61,376 bases of DNA, filler included, from 4 parts of 4 records of this genome joined end to end with filler, not necessarily neighbours in it; one strand, 5' to 3'; shown: positions 1 to 10,738, counted from the whole stretch's first letter. Translations and numbers: made by a program. Notes: generated by a model not told the origin, from the sequence alone.

Positions 1-456
1 GGTCACGCGGCCATGCTTTTCGGTCAGCATCTTGGCCTTGGACTTGCCAAAGCCCATGGCGCCGCCTTTGCCACCGCCCTGCATGCGGTTCATGAAATAG
101 ATCCAGACACCGATCAGCAGCAGGAACGGCAGAAGGGTCAGCAGGAAGGACTGGAATGTCGACTGCTGCTGCTTTTCCGCGCGGATGGGGATGTCTTTGG
201 CGATCAGCATTTGGGTGACTTCGGCATCGCCCGGTTTGATCGTCGTATAGCTCTGACCGTCAGAGGTGGTGTAGCGGACCTGCTCGCCATCCAGCGTCAC
301 GGTACTGACCTGACCGTTGTCAACGGCGGTCACAAATTCCGAATAAGTCTTCTCGCGGCTCTGAAGTGTGCTGCCTGACCCGCTGAACAGATTGAACAGG
401 GTCACGACGAGCAGGAACAGAACTACCCAGAAGGCGATATTGCGTGCGTTGCCCAA
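1..456 (-). CDS. ftsH: ATP-dependent zinc metalloprotease FtsH, N-terminal part (runs off the window start)
   Basis: Not in the ORF track; manual translation from TTG at 456 (GGAGAG RBS) gives MGNARNIAFWVVLFLL...two TM segments...RMQGGGKGGAMGFGKSKAKMLTEKHGRVT; follows tilS as usual. Confidence 0.95.
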   Translation of the reverse strand, partial: MGNARNIAFWVVLFLLVVTLFNLFSGSGSTLQSREKTYSEFVTAVDNGQVSTVTLDGEQVRYTTSDGQSYTTIKPGDAEVTQMLIAKDIPIRAEKQQQSTFQSFLLTLLPFLLLIGVWIYFMNRMQGGGKGGAMGFGKSKAKMLTEKHGRVT

Positions 457-545
457 AATGGCTCTCCCAAGAATTCCAAGGACGCCACGGCACTAGCACG
501 CAACGACCATCAGTTGTACCTAAAATAAGGATGATTTGGTGAGGT

Positions 546-1826
546 TCAATGCGATAACGACCGCGTTGCCCATGTCTCGGGCAGTCGCATTGCCGCAGTT
601 GACCAGACTGACGACTGCTCCAGAAGTGGAACAGCGATCAACTCGCCTCTCTGCCAGACAGCGGGCAAGGGTTTCAGGACCTCTCTGGGCACGCCATGGC
701 GGCGCCAATTTTCAACCATACCAAGCCCCGTTTCACCAAGCGCACGAACCTCTATAGCTTGGAGTGTGTTGGTTGGTCCGTTTACTTTCCAGGCATCGTC
801 CCAGATCAGTTCGCTGCCGCGCTCAGAGACAACCTCGACGCATTTCTGGCGCACGGCCTCATATTCCCGGCAAACCCAAATTCGGTCAGATTTCACCACC
901 AACTGGCACCCTTGAAGGGTTATGCCGCGCCCCTCTCGAAGGGCGTGGCAGGCCTCCATCAGAGGCGCCCGCCGCGGCGGGTAGTCGGCACCACTGACGT
1001 GGGAAACCGCTGCGACCAGCAGTCGCCGCGCCACTTCGTCTTGAAGATCATGAAACCCTGCACGATCAAGCACTACCGCCCCTAATTGGACCTGCCCAAG
1101 CTCTTGCGCCGCCACGCGCATCGCGTGCTCGAGCGCCTCGTCCGCCATCCGCATGTTGGCTGCAACGGCGGTCAACGCGTCAATGGTCAGCCCGAGAGGT
1201 TCCAACGCCTTCAACGCGTCCCGCACCCGCACCCGTTCGAACCGTGTATCGCGGTTCGAGGGGTCGTCGATCCATGCAATCTGACGATTGGTAAGGTAGG
1301 TTCGCAGATCCTGCCGATGCACACGCAGCAACGGACGCAGCAACTCGATCCCGTCCCGCCGGTGCCGCACCGCCATGCCCGACAGTCCGGTCACACCGGA
1401 GGCTCGGCGCAAGCGCATCACCAAGGTTTCAGCCTGATCATCCGCCGTATGACCAACCGCCACAGCCTGAAGACCACGCGCACTGGCCCACTCCGCGAGC
1501 AGATGGTATCTCGCTGCGCGGGCTTCACCCTGCAGATTTCCGCTTTCGAGAGGCGAGTCCCACGTCAATATGTCGTGTTGGAGGCCAAGTTCGGTTGCTC
1601 GCGCTGCCACGTCTTCGGCTTCCTGACGTGATTCGCGGCGCAAATCGTGATCGACAGTGGCCACGTACAACTCCGTTCCACTATCCTGAGACATTGCGTA
1701 CAGCAAATGGAGAAGTGCCACCGAATCGCTGCCGCCTGAGACGGCAACGCCCAGTTTCTCTGGAAGCGGGCCAAGGCAGGCCCTGATCTCGGTGATCAAG
1801 GCCTCTTCTGTTGCGGTCAGGAGCAC
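546..1826 (-). CDS. tilS: tRNA(Ile)-lysidine synthetase
   Basis: PP-loop AVSGGSDS, GHTADDQAET, RPLL, DPSN motifs; between cpoB and ftsH; GTG start overlaps the cpoB end. Confidence 0.95.
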   Translation of the reverse strand: MLLTATEEALITEIRACLGPLPEKLGVAVSGGSDSVALLHLLYAMSQDSGTELYVATVDHDLRRESRQEAEDVAARATELGLQHDILTWDSPLESGNLQGEARAARYHLLAEWASARGLQAVAVGHTADDQAETLVMRLRRASGVTGLSGMAVRHRRDGIELLRPLLRVHRQDLRTYLTNRQIAWIDDPSNRDTRFERVRVRDALKALEPLGLTIDALTAVAANMRMADEALEHAMRVAAQELGQVQLGAVVLDRAGFHDLQDEVARRLLVAAVSHVSGADYPPRRAPLMEACHALREGRGITLQGCQLVVKSDRIWVCREYEAVRQKCVEVVSERGSELIWDDAWKVNGPTNTLQAIEVRALGETGLGMVENWRRHGVPREVLKPLPAVWQRGELIAVPLLEQSSVWSTAAMRLPETWATRSLSH

Positions 1827-2662
1827 GCCAGCGTGGACCGCTCCGCCTCCGCAGCGGTGACCGCAGGATCATTCGGAAAACGAACCGAGACTTCCGCAAG
1901 GGTGATGCAAGCCTGATCGACCTGTCCCAGACGCCCCAGCGCGGCCCCAAGTTCGAACAACGCCTCAGGCGCGATCGTGCCAGAGGTATCGCCGGTAAAT
2001 GCGGCAAGATAGGCGCGCGCGGCCTCTCTCGTGTCACCCAGCCCATCCAGCGCCTTGCCACGACCAAAATCAACCTTGGCCGTCAGCGGGCTGCCCGGAT
2101 AGGCATCCTTGAAGGTTGCGAGCTTGTCAGCGGCAGCTTGATAATTCTGCCCATCCAGTTCCACCATCGCGGCCTTGTAGTCAGCCTCTTCCCCGATGGC
2201 GAGTTCACCGGCACCTTCGGTGACTGCATCGCCGTCAGACGGCACTGGTGTCTGACCAAGCCCTACCGCAGCTTCTCCAGCGATCTCACCACCCAATGTC
2301 GTCGTTTCACCGAGCGTCGAGAGGTCCCCCCCTTCGAGCTCAACAAGACGGAACTCGAGATCCCCGATCCGGTTGGTGCCATCTTCGACGATGCGTTGCA
2401 CACGATACTGCAGCTCTTCGGTCTTGGAAGTCAGGCGCTGCAACTCCGCCTCGATCGCGGTCACGCGATCCAGCACCGAGGTCCCCGCCAGAGATGCCGA
2501 AGGTGCGCCTGTGGTGGACAGCTCTCGGTTGAGGCGCTGTACTTCTACATGCAGGACCGTAAGCTCCTGACGGATATCCGCCAAGGTCTGCTCCCGCTCC
2601 TGTGTGACGCCGGGAACGACGCTGACCGCAATCAGCGCCGTTGCGAGGAAAAACTGCCGCAT
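1817..2662 (-). CDS. cpoB: Tol-Pal system protein CpoB/YbgF (coiled coil + TPR)
   Basis: Signal peptide, coiled coil, C-terminal TPR (APEALFELG...QACITL); directly downstream of pal; start taken at ATG 2662 after GAGGGG. Confidence 0.9.
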   Translation of the reverse strand: MRQFFLATALIAVSVVPGVTQEREQTLADIRQELTVLHVEVQRLNRELSTTGAPSASLAGTSVLDRVTAIEAELQRLTSKTEELQYRVQRIVEDGTNRIGDLEFRLVELEGGDLSTLGETTTLGGEIAGEAAVGLGQTPVPSDGDAVTEGAGELAIGEEADYKAAMVELDGQNYQAAADKLATFKDAYPGSPLTAKVDFGRGKALDGLGDTREAARAYLAAFTGDTSGTIAPEALFELGAALGRLGQVDQACITLAEVSVRFPNDPAVTAAEAERSTLACS

Positions 2663-2676
2663 GCCCCTCATCCGCG

Positions 2677-3180
2677 TCAGCTCACTGCGCCGCCCGCCAG
2701 CACGGTCACCGCGCGACGGTTCTGATTGTAGCAGCTCTGTGCCGAACAGATCTCGATGGGACGTTCTTTGCCGAAGGATACGGTCTGGATGCGATTGGCT
2801 GCGACGCCCTGGGATATCAGGTATTCGCGCGCAGAATTGGCGCGGCGTGCACCAAGCGCCAGGTTGTACTCACGGGTGCCGCGCTCGTCTGCGTGGCCCT
2901 CGATCGTGACAACATAAGAAGTATTCGCGTTGAGCCAGCGCGCCTGACCGTCAAGCACGGTACGCGCCTCAGGCGAAATGCTGGACTGGTCCACCAGGAA
3001 CAGCACGCGATCCCCGATCGCCTCGCGGAAGTAGGCAGGGCTGGACGGGTCTGCCGTGCCGCCACCAGCGCCAAGGCCGGTGCCGCCACTGCCGGCGTTT
3101 GTGTCATCCCAACGTGCGTCGGAACAGGCTGCAAGGGCCAGGCCCGCAACCAAGAGAATAGCTTTGTTGATACCGCTCAT
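2677..3180 (-). CDS. pal: Peptidoglycan-associated lipoprotein Pal
   Basis: Lipobox LAAC; OmpA-like domain IEGHADERGTREYNLALGARRA...NRRA. Confidence 0.97.
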   Translation of the reverse strand: MSGINKAILLVAGLALAACSDARWDDTNAGSGGTGLGAGGGTADPSSPAYFREAIGDRVLFLVDQSSISPEARTVLDGQARWLNANTSYVVTIEGHADERGTREYNLALGARRANSAREYLISQGVAANRIQTVSFGKERPIEICSAQSCYNQNRRAVTVLAGGAVS

Positions 3181-3210
3181 CTGAAATCGCCTCGTGTGAT
3201 CGGACATTTC

Positions 3211-3226
3211 TTACCGAAGTGTTAAC
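3211..3226. promoter_or_regulatory. CtrA-like box upstream of pal
   Basis: TTAC-CGAAGTG-TTAAC, one mismatch to TTAA-N7-TTAAC, 30 nt upstream of the pal ATG. Confidence 0.5.
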
Positions 3227-3283
3227 ATATTCTACCTGACCGCGCCACGGGCTTAGGACCCGTGCGCCCGATCAGACGGTTCA

Positions 3284-4609
3284 TTAGTTCTGCAACGGCG
3301 ACCAGGATGGGTCCGACGCGCCGTCTGGGGTTTGTACGGGCTTGAGATTCCGCCCAGAAATATCGACAGAGTAAAGTCGCGCCTGGCCACTCGCGCCTTG
3401 GGTTTCGCGGGTGAACATGATCACCCGCCCGTTCGGAGACCAGGTCGGCCCTTCGTCAAGGAAGGATGCGGTCAACAACCGCTCTTCGCTGCCATCCGTG
3501 CGCATGACGCCAATATGGAAACGCCCGGCATTCTGCTTTGTGAAGGCAACATAATCGCCGCGCGGTGACCAGACCGGAGTGCCGTAGCGCCCCTGCCCGA
3601 AGCTGATCCGCTTCGCCTCGCCGCCCGAGGCCGGCATCACATATAGCTGCGATGTGCCGGACCGATCACTTTCGAAGACGATTTGGCTGCCGTCCGGCGA
3701 AAAGGACGGTGCCGTCTCGATCGAAGGTGCGCTGCTGAGACGCTGCGTGTTGCCGGAGTTGATATCCATCGAGAACAGATCGGTATTGCCGCCAGCGGAC
3801 TGGGAATAGACGATGGTCTGCCCGTCGGGCGCAAATCGCGGTGCGAAGCTCATGGTGCCATTTCCCGCCGACAGGATGCGGCGCTGCACTTTGCCAACAT
3901 CAAGCACGTGGATTTGCGGAAAGCCACTTTCATAACTCGTGTAGAGCACCCTGTCGCCCGTGGGCGAGAAACGCGGTGCAAGAACGATGGATTCGGAATT
4001 GGTCAGATACTGTACGTTGGCCCCGTCGTAATCCATGATCGCCAGCCGCTTCTTGCGGTCATCCTTCGGGCCAGTCTCTGAGACGAACACCACGCGACTG
4101 TCGAAATAGCCACCCTCCCCCGTCAGGCGCGAATAAATGGTATCGGCGACCTTGTGGCCGATGCGTCGCCAGCCGTCCGTGGTGCCCGACAGTTGCAGAC
4201 CGGACCCAAGCTCTTGTCCCGCAAACACATCGTAGGCGCGAAAACGAACAGTGATCCGATCACCGGACAGGCTGACCGCGCCGGTAATCAGCGCCTGCGC
4301 GTTGATCGCCTTCCAATCGGTGAAATTCACCGCCGCATCAAAATCGCTGTAGGGCGAGATATAGGCGGATTTGGGAATCTCTCTGAACAGGCCGGAGCCT
4401 CTTAGGTCATCTGCAATCACCCGGGCGATATCCGCCGCATATTGTGACGCGGCTGGCGTGTCAGCGATGAAATCCGGCGCCGCAAAGGGGAGCGGTTCGA
4501 TCACGCCATCTGTAATTTCGATCCTGAGCGGCCCATCCTGCGCCTGAACCGCCCCGACGGGCAGCAGCATCGCAAGGCCAAGGAGTACTGTTGCAATCGC
4601 GTTTCTCAT
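3284..4609 (-). CDS. tolB: Tol-Pal beta-propeller protein TolB
   Basis: Signal peptide, TolB N domain, repeated PxF/WSPDG (PD40) blades, terminal DPSWSP. Confidence 0.97.
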   Translation of the reverse strand: MRNAIATVLLGLAMLLPVGAVQAQDGPLRIEITDGVIEPLPFAAPDFIADTPAASQYAADIARVIADDLRGSGLFREIPKSAYISPYSDFDAAVNFTDWKAINAQALITGAVSLSGDRITVRFRAYDVFAGQELGSGLQLSGTTDGWRRIGHKVADTIYSRLTGEGGYFDSRVVFVSETGPKDDRKKRLAIMDYDGANVQYLTNSESIVLAPRFSPTGDRVLYTSYESGFPQIHVLDVGKVQRRILSAGNGTMSFAPRFAPDGQTIVYSQSAGGNTDLFSMDINSGNTQRLSSAPSIETAPSFSPDGSQIVFESDRSGTSQLYVMPASGGEAKRISFGQGRYGTPVWSPRGDYVAFTKQNAGRFHIGVMRTDGSEERLLTASFLDEGPTWSPNGRVIMFTRETQGASGQARLYSVDISGRNLKPVQTPDGASDPSWSPLQN

Positions 4610-5754
4610 CTGATCCGCATTCCTTCGGGATTAAATGTCATCTCAATATCACGCCATTGCGCAAATTTGTCAGCCGGAAGATCAAATCCTCTTGATCCGC
4701 AGCGGATGATTGCGCGGCGCGCGGCCTCATAGGCCTGTTTGGCGGAACTGTCGGACCCACCGGAGCTGGACAGCATGCGAATGGAGCCAATGTCTGGAAC
4801 CCCCTCGCGTGAAAGTGTGACCCCCACAACGACCGAGGTGCGAAGCGCTTCGCTGGACAGCGATCCGACGTTCCAGCATTGCGAGACTGCGATCCGCAGC
4901 GCATCTTTTTCTCCCCGTGTCATCGGCGGGCCGGATGGTTCCGGTGCTTCGACTTCTCCGCTCCCTGCCAAGGCCTCTGCAAGAGCGTCGTCCACAGCAG
5001 AACTCTCCACCTCGGGGTTTGGTTCCGGCGCGGGGTCGGAATTTTCTTCGGCTGTTGCCGTTTGGGTTTCCTGCGGTTGCTCTGGTTCCGGGCTCGGGCG
5101 CGCCGGGCGTGTGAGAGGCCGAACGCTCGCCAGCGGTGCGGTCGGCTCTGCGTCGTCCGCCTCTGCTTCGGTCACGATCCGGTCGCTTGCCGCTTCCGGG
5201 GCCGTGGCCTCCTGCACCGGCTGATTGGCATCAGCCCCCTCATCTGGCGCAACCTCGTCCTGTGCCACATCATCGACTTGCGTATCCGGTTCCGGCGCCT
5301 GGACAGGTTCCGGCGCAACCCGATCCGTCTGCTGCGCAGTCTCGGGCTCCGCAGTTTGCGGCAGATCGGTCACGATTTCGGGCACGTCGGGCGCATCCGG
5401 CACGATGCTTGGCACCTCCGGCGTCGGTTCTGGCGCGGGTGGTTCAGGCTCGGCCTCCTCGACAGGTGTTTCAATCGGGTCCGGCTGCGCAGGAGGTGTC
5501 TCCGGAACAGGCGTTGGGCGTTCGGGAATGACAGGCGTCGTTTCGGGCTCGGGCGGTACCTGCGGCGCAACCGGATCCTCTGCCACCTCGGGCGCGACCT
5601 GCTGCTCGCTCAGTCGCGCAAATTCCTCAGCGGAAATGATCGAAACATCCTGGCTCTGGAACGGCAACGGCTCAGCATTGAACCACCCCCCCACGAGCGC
5701 CCAGGTTATCAGGATCCCATGTCCTGCTACAGAGATCTTTGTGCCGGTTTGCAC
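4606..5754 (-). CDS. tolA: TolA-like energy transducer (Pro/Glu-rich linker)
   Basis: N-terminal TM with SxxxH (SVAGH), long Pro/Glu linker, C-terminal CWN...AARRAIIRC...IEMTFNP domain; between tolR and tolB; GTG start at 5754 inferred. Confidence 0.88.
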   Translation of the reverse strand: MQTGTKISVAGHGILITWALVGGWFNAEPLPFQSQDVSIISAEEFARLSEQQVAPEVAEDPVAPQVPPEPETTPVIPERPTPVPETPPAQPDPIETPVEEAEPEPPAPEPTPEVPSIVPDAPDVPEIVTDLPQTAEPETAQQTDRVAPEPVQAPEPDTQVDDVAQDEVAPDEGADANQPVQEATAPEAASDRIVTEAEADDAEPTAPLASVRPLTRPARPSPEPEQPQETQTATAEENSDPAPEPNPEVESSAVDDALAEALAGSGEVEAPEPSGPPMTRGEKDALRIAVSQCWNVGSLSSEALRTSVVVGVTLSREGVPDIGSIRMLSSSGGSDSSAKQAYEAARRAIIRCGSRGFDLPADKFAQWRDIEMTFNPEGMRIR

Positions 5755-5767
5755 ATTGGCCCCCGTA

Positions 5768-6265
5768 TCACTCGCCCTGCGGGGCGGTCGGAGAGGCCGG
5801 GCGACCATCGAGCGCAGGCCCGCCGGTATCCGTCACCAAACCGACATTGGCAAAGCCACCCGCATTGAGCGCCCCCATCACCTGTATCACATCGCTATAG
5901 GCGATAGCGCCGTCAGCACGCAGATAGACACGATCCGACGTCCGTTCGGATGCAATGGCACGCAGCCGCGCAACCAGATCCTCCCGCGCCACGGGCGTGG
6001 TCTGGATCTGAATTTCGCCTGCAGCGGTCATGGTCACCGTCAGCGGTTCCTCTTCTTCCCCCGGCAGTGCGCCAGCGGCGGTCTTTGGCAGTTCGACCGG
6101 AACGCCAACCGTCATCAACGGTGCAGCCACCATGAAGATGATCAGCAGCACCAGCATCACGTCTACAAAAGGCGTGACGTTGATCTCTGCCATAGGTCGT
6201 GCACGAGAACGCCGTCTTCCCCGCCGGCGGCCTCCATCGTCCTTCTGTTGAATGGCTGCTCCCAT
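5768..6265 (-). CDS. tolR: TolR
   Basis: EINVTPFVDVMLVLLIIFMVAAP motif. Confidence 0.96.
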   Translation of the reverse strand: MGAAIQQKDDGGRRRGRRRSRARPMAEINVTPFVDVMLVLLIIFMVAAPLMTVGVPVELPKTAAGALPGEEEEPLTVTMTAAGEIQIQTTPVAREDLVARLRAIASERTSDRVYLRADGAIAYSDVIQVMGALNAGGFANVGLVTDTGGPALDGRPASPTAPQGE

Positions 6266-6268
6266 GGT

Positions 6269-6964
6269 TCAGCTGTCCAACTGACGCGAGAATATGGTCG
6301 CGAATTCATCGGCAAAGGCTTCATAGCCGCCAATGATCCGGTCCGAATCCGCCGAGAGCTTATTGTAGAAGATCACGGCCGGGATCGCTGCAAGAAGCCC
6401 GAGCCCCGTCGCCAGCAACGCCTCAGCGATCCCGGGCGCCACCACGGCAAGGTTGGTGTTCTGCTGCTCTGCGATCTCGATGAAGGCGTTCATAATGCCC
6501 CAGACTGTCCCGAACAGACCAATAAATGGTGCTGTGGAGCCGATGGTTGCCAGGATTTGCAAACCACCCTGCAGCCCTTCGCTCTCTTTGGAGATCGCCA
6601 CATCCATGGATCTGTCGATCCGCGCCTGAGCGCCGGGGATCAGCGCGCCATCGGTACGATGGCTGCGGCGCCATTCCGTCATGCCAGAGGCAAATATACG
6701 TTCCGAATGCCCCGAGGGATCCGGACCGATATCCTCATAAAGTTCGTCCAACGGATTGCCCGACCAGAACGCCCGCTCGAATATCTGCGCCTCGCGGCGC
6801 GCGGAGCGGTAGGTAATCACTTTCTGCACGATGATCGACCAGGACCAGATCGAGGCCCCAATCAGCATGATCATCACGAATTTCACGGTGAGCGTCGCAC
6901 GTGCGAACAGCCCCCACATGGAGAAATCAATCTCCTGTGCCAGTGCCAGAGTTTCTGCTTCCAT
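6269..6964 (-). CDS. tolQ: TolQ
   Basis: LATIGSTAPFIGLFGTVWGIM and VAPGIAEALLATGLGL motifs. Confidence 0.97.
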   Translation of the reverse strand: MEAETLALAQEIDFSMWGLFARATLTVKFVMIMLIGASIWSWSIIVQKVITYRSARREAQIFERAFWSGNPLDELYEDIGPDPSGHSERIFASGMTEWRRSHRTDGALIPGAQARIDRSMDVAISKESEGLQGGLQILATIGSTAPFIGLFGTVWGIMNAFIEIAEQQNTNLAVVAPGIAEALLATGLGLLAAIPAVIFYNKLSADSDRIIGGYEAFADEFATIFSRQLDS

Positions 6965-7078
6965 CTGCCTGCTCTATCGCCAGTTGCCGCGTCGTTTGTG
7001 TCGCGCAGCCTAATTGGTGGGGACGCTAGCGGAAAACAAGCGGCATTACCAAGGAAACAGGGGCCTCAGCGGCGTTTG

Positions 7079-7465
7079 TTACAGAGATGCGCGAAGTTCT
7101 GCCGGAAGCCGCACGGGTCTGCCGCTGTGCATGTCCATACAGACCGCAGTCACGACCGCGCGGAACAGCTCCCGCCCGTCGCGTCGCACCACCTGCGCCA
7201 TAGTGAGGCGCGCAGACGTCGACCTCTCGACACGTGTCTCGACGGTCAGCTCGTCTTCGAACCGCGCTGGTGAAAGGTAATCCGCTTCGATTCGGGTCAC
7301 CACCCAGACGATACCGGTATCGCGCATGGCGTTCTGATCGACACCAAGCGCGCGCACATAATCACTGCGAGCACGCTCGATAAAACGCAGGAAGTTCGCA
7401 TGATACACCACACCGCCCATGTCGGTGTCTTCGTAATATACCGTGATCGGAAAGCGATGGGTCAC
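7079..7465 (-). CDS. ybgC: Tol-Pal-associated acyl-CoA thioesterase YbgC
   Basis: VYYEDTDMGGVVYHANFLRFIERAR motif; upstream of tolQ. Confidence 0.93.
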   Translation of the reverse strand: MTHRFPITVYYEDTDMGGVVYHANFLRFIERARSDYVRALGVDQNAMRDTGIVWVVTRIEADYLSPARFEDELTVETRVERSTSARLTMAQVVRRDGRELFRAVVTAVCMDMHSGRPVRLPAELRASL

Positions 7466-8121
7466 GTTGTACTGCCTTCCACAGGCAGCGCCTGCAGCCG
7501 GGCATATAGCCGCAACGCATGGCTTGCATCCTGCGCCGCAACAGGCAGCATCCGGTCATAGGCGGCGGCAATCACCCCCGCAATTTCGGGCCGCAGGATG
7601 GTATTGCCGTTCTCGGGCAGCACCGCCAACGGCGAGACCTCGGCAAAGGCGCGATCCCCCCACAGCAGCATCACCTGCACCGCCTGGGTCAGCGCCAGAG
7701 CCTCGGCTGGCATATCCGCCATCCCGCCCTGCATCCGCAAGAAGACGAAGGCCGCCTGGATACCGCCATCCTCGTCGAAACGGAACGCGCGATACTGGCT
7801 GGCGCCTTCACCCGAGAGGCGGCATACCAAAGGAGCAAGACCTGGGATCATGCGATCAAGGTCTGGCACCTCCAGCAGTTCTTTCCAGTCCCGAAAGAAG
7901 AAGAACATCAGGTTCGCGCCCAGCTCCGGGTCAGTTTCAGCCATCCTGTGGCCGGCAAGCGTGACCACGGCCTCTACCGCGCCCTTCACGGTGGCCAATG
8001 TTTCATCCGTGACACCAAAGACGATGGGTGTGATTGGGCGACCCCAGCGGGAAAAGGTGTAAGACCCATCCTCGCGGGTGAATAGCGCCTCGATTTCCTC
8101 TGGCAACAGAAGTGCGGACAT
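7462..8121 (-). CDS. Hypothetical protein, possibly DUF2927/zincin-like without metal ligands
   Basis: 219-aa ORF with GAGG RBS; GTGA overlap with the ybgC start; family resemblance is by eye only. Confidence 0.75.
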   Translation of the reverse strand: MSALLLPEEIEALFTREDGSYTFSRWGRPITPIVFGVTDETLATVKGAVEAVVTLAGHRMAETDPELGANLMFFFFRDWKELLEVPDLDRMIPGLAPLVCRLSGEGASQYRAFRFDEDGGIQAAFVFLRMQGGMADMPAEALALTQAVQVMLLWGDRAFAEVSPLAVLPENGNTILRPEIAGVIAAAYDRMLPVAAQDASHALRLYARLQALPVEGSTT

Positions 8122-8335
8122 GCACGGCCTCGTCTTTATCAAATGTCGTCGCGTGTTTTGTACGGGCGCGCCGTTTGAGCAGCAAGTGGGAAGTCATCGC
8201 CGCCCAAGTCTCTGCAATGACTTCAGACAAGCGTCGAATTTGCCAGACAGCTTTGCCCCCCGGCACATCTCTGCCTCGGGACGCTCAGTCGCGTGACGGT
8301 CCGGTTGCACCTGATCAAACGTGGCGCGCGCGGCC

Positions 8336-9355
8336 TCAACCGAACAGATCGCTCGACGACTTCGGCGGTGTCAGACCGATATGCTGCCAGGCCTTCTGCG
8401 CCAGCATCCGCCCGCGGGGTGTGCGTTGGATCAGCCCCTGCTGCAACAGGTAGGGTTCGATGACCTCCTCCAGCGCATCACGGCTTTCGCTCAGGGCTGC
8501 CGACATTGTCTCGATCCCTACCGGTCCACCGCCATAGTTTTCCGCCACCAGCCGCAAGTAACGGCGGTCCGCACCATCAAGCCCCAGCTGATCCACCCCC
8601 AGCCGCGTCAGGGCGTTGTCGGCCAGTTCCCGGGTGATCGTGCCGTCGCCCTCGACAACCGCGAAGTCCACGACGCGGCGCAAGAGCCGTCCCGCGATCC
8701 TGGGCGTGCCCCTTGCGCGCCGCGCGATCTCGCGTGCGCCGTCGTCATCTGCGGGCGCACCCAGTTTGCGCGCATTGCGGCTGACGATTTCGAACAACTC
8801 ATCAACTGTGTAGAATTGCAGCCGGGTCGGGATGCCGAAACGGTCCCGCAGCGGTGTCGTCAACAAGCCCATCCGGGTGGTTGCCCCAATCAGCGTGAAG
8901 GGCTGCAGCTCGATACGCACGGTGCGCGCGGCGGGCCCTTCGCCGATCACCAGATCCAGTTCAAAATCCTCCAGCGCAGGGTAGAGCACCTCTTCCACTG
9001 TCGCGTTCAGCCGGTGGATTTCATCAATAAAGAGAACGTCGCGCGCCTCCAGATTGGTGAGGATCGCGGCCAGATCCCCGGCCTTTGCCAGCACCGGGCC
9101 AGACGTCATGCGAAAATTCACCCCAAGCTCGCGCGCGACGATCTGCGCCAGCGTGGTCTTGCCCAGGCCGGGAGGGCCGTGAAACAGCGTGTGATCCATC
9201 GCCTCGCCACGACGGCGCGCACTCTCAATGAAGATGCGCAGGTTGGCGCGCGCCTCCGCCTGACCAATGAATTCACCCAAACCTTGCGGGCGCAAAGCGC
9301 GGTCATTGTCCTCGGGAAGCGGATCAGGCCGCAGGGTGGGATCGGCGTCGGTCAT
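8336..9355 (-). CDS. ruvB: Holliday junction branch migration ATPase RuvB
   Basis: [33 protein letters not shown]; alternative start at 9367. Confidence 0.98.
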   Translation of the reverse strand: MTDADPTLRPDPLPEDNDRALRPQGLGEFIGQAEARANLRIFIESARRRGEAMDHTLFHGPPGLGKTTLAQIVARELGVNFRMTSGPVLAKAGDLAAILTNLEARDVLFIDEIHRLNATVEEVLYPALEDFELDLVIGEGPAARTVRIELQPFTLIGATTRMGLLTTPLRDRFGIPTRLQFYTVDELFEIVSRNARKLGAPADDDGAREIARRARGTPRIAGRLLRRVVDFAVVEGDGTITRELADNALTRLGVDQLGLDGADRRYLRLVAENYGGGPVGIETMSAALSESRDALEEVIEPYLLQQGLIQRTPRGRMLAQKAWQHIGLTPPKSSSDLFG

Positions 9356-9488
9356 CTCTGTATCCATGTATCATGCATGCAAATGCAGTTGGCCGTCTGG
9401 AAATCGGTCCCGCCCAGCCTGCCCGTACCTTGCACGCCTTTGCACGCAGAGCGCACCTTGGGCACGCTAAAATGGCTCACACGCCCGA

Positions 9489-10178
9489 TCATCCTTTGGG
9501 CGCCAACAGGCGCAGGGCGGCACGGATCAGCTCGGCCTCGCCCGCATCGGGATTACCGGCGGCAGCTTCAGCCACGGCCGCAGCCGCGTCGGATGGCCCA
9601 TAGCCCAGATTCCCCAACGCCGACAATGCGCCAGCTGAGGCCGCTGCTGCCCCCGAGGGCGCCTTTGCCTTTGAAGTGCGCGCCGGTTTCGCAGGCGCCT
9701 CCTCCAATGGCTCGACCACCCCGTCAAGCTCCGGACCGTTCAATGCGTCGGTCACCGTTCCCCCCATGGCCATCACCGATGGAGCCTTGTCTTTCAGATC
9801 CAGAACGATGCGTTGCGCAGTCTTAGGGCCAACGCCCTTTGCCGCCTTCACCGTGGCCCAATCGCCAAGTGCAATGGCGCGGCTCACGCCATCGGGGCCC
9901 AAGGCGCTCAGGATAGCCAGCGACACCTTGGCGCCAACACCCTGAACGGAGGTCAGAAGACGATGCCATTCCTTCTCGACCAAGGAGGTAAACCCAAACA
10001 GCTGCATCAGGTCCTCACGCACCAGAAGCTCGGTATATAGCTGCACGGCCTCCCCGACTGCCGGCAGCGTCGCCATGGTGCGGTCAGAGCAATACACGAT
10101 GTAGCCCACGCCACGGACGTCGATCATCACATGATCAAGCGCCTTGTAATCGAGCCGCCCGGTCAACTTGCCGATCAT
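9489..10178 (-). CDS. ruvA: Holliday junction DNA-binding protein RuvA
   Basis: MIGKLTG, GVGY, HhH motifs [13 protein letters not shown]-terminal ALGNLGY. Confidence 0.97.
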   Translation of the reverse strand: MIGKLTGRLDYKALDHVMIDVRGVGYIVYCSDRTMATLPAVGEAVQLYTELLVREDLMQLFGFTSLVEKEWHRLLTSVQGVGAKVSLAILSALGPDGVSRAIALGDWATVKAAKGVGPKTAQRIVLDLKDKAPSVMAMGGTVTDALNGPELDGVVEPLEEAPAKPARTSKAKAPSGAAAASAGALSALGNLGYGPSDAAAAVAEAAAGNPDAGEAELIRAALRLLAPKG

Positions 10179-10672
10179 GCGCGCACCTCTTTCAATTGCC
10201 GCTGGTTGGTACCGCCGTAGTAGGCGTGACAGATGGCGATGGCCAGCGCATCGGCGGCATCCTCGCCTTTGGGGGCACAGCCGGGCAGTTGCAACTTCAC
10301 CATATGCATGACCTGCTGCTTTTCCGCATGGCCGACGCCAACCACCGTCTTTTTCACACGGTTGGGCGCATATTCACCCGTCGGCAATCCTGCCTTTGCG
10401 AGCGTGAGCAGTGCCACCCCCCGCGCCTGACCCAGTTTCAGCGTCCCGGCACCGTCCTTGTTGACAAACGTCTGCTCGATCGCCGCCTGATCCGGCGCAT
10501 ATTCCACGATCACCTCGGTGATCTGATTGTGCAGCGACAAAAGCCGCTCGCCCAGATCGTCACCATCAGAGTGGCACAGACCATTGGCGACATGGCTGAG
10601 GCGTGCGCCATTTGATTCGATCACGCCCCACCCAAGGGTTCTGAGCCCCGGATCGATTCCCAGTATTCGCAT
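10175..10672 (-). CDS. ruvC: Crossover junction endodeoxyribonuclease RuvC
   Basis: [29 protein letters not shown] overlap with ruvA. Confidence 0.98.
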   Translation of the reverse strand: MRILGIDPGLRTLGWGVIESNGARLSHVANGLCHSDGDDLGERLLSLHNQITEVIVEYAPDQAAIEQTFVNKDGAGTLKLGQARGVALLTLAKAGLPTGEYAPNRVKKTVVGVGHAEKQQVMHMVKLQLPGCAPKGEDAADALAIAICHAYYGGTNQRQLKEVRA

Positions 10673-10723
10673 CTGCTTGCCCGATCTACGCCTGATTGTT
10701 TGGTCATTGTTTCAAGTGAGCTA

Positions 10724-10738
10724 GCACAAAACGCGAAC
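10724..10738 (-). promoter_or_regulatory. Alphaproteobacterial LexA (SOS) box upstream of ruvCAB
   Basis: Minus strand GTTC-GCGTTTT-GTGC, one mismatch to GTTC-N7-GTTC, about 50 nt upstream of ruvC. Confidence 0.65.

Noticed and set aside
4739..7273. Long plus-strand ORFs (e.g. 5225-7273, 682 aa; 4879-5868)
   Set aside because: Antisense shadows of tolA/tolR/tolQ in GC-rich DNA, with no independent motifs
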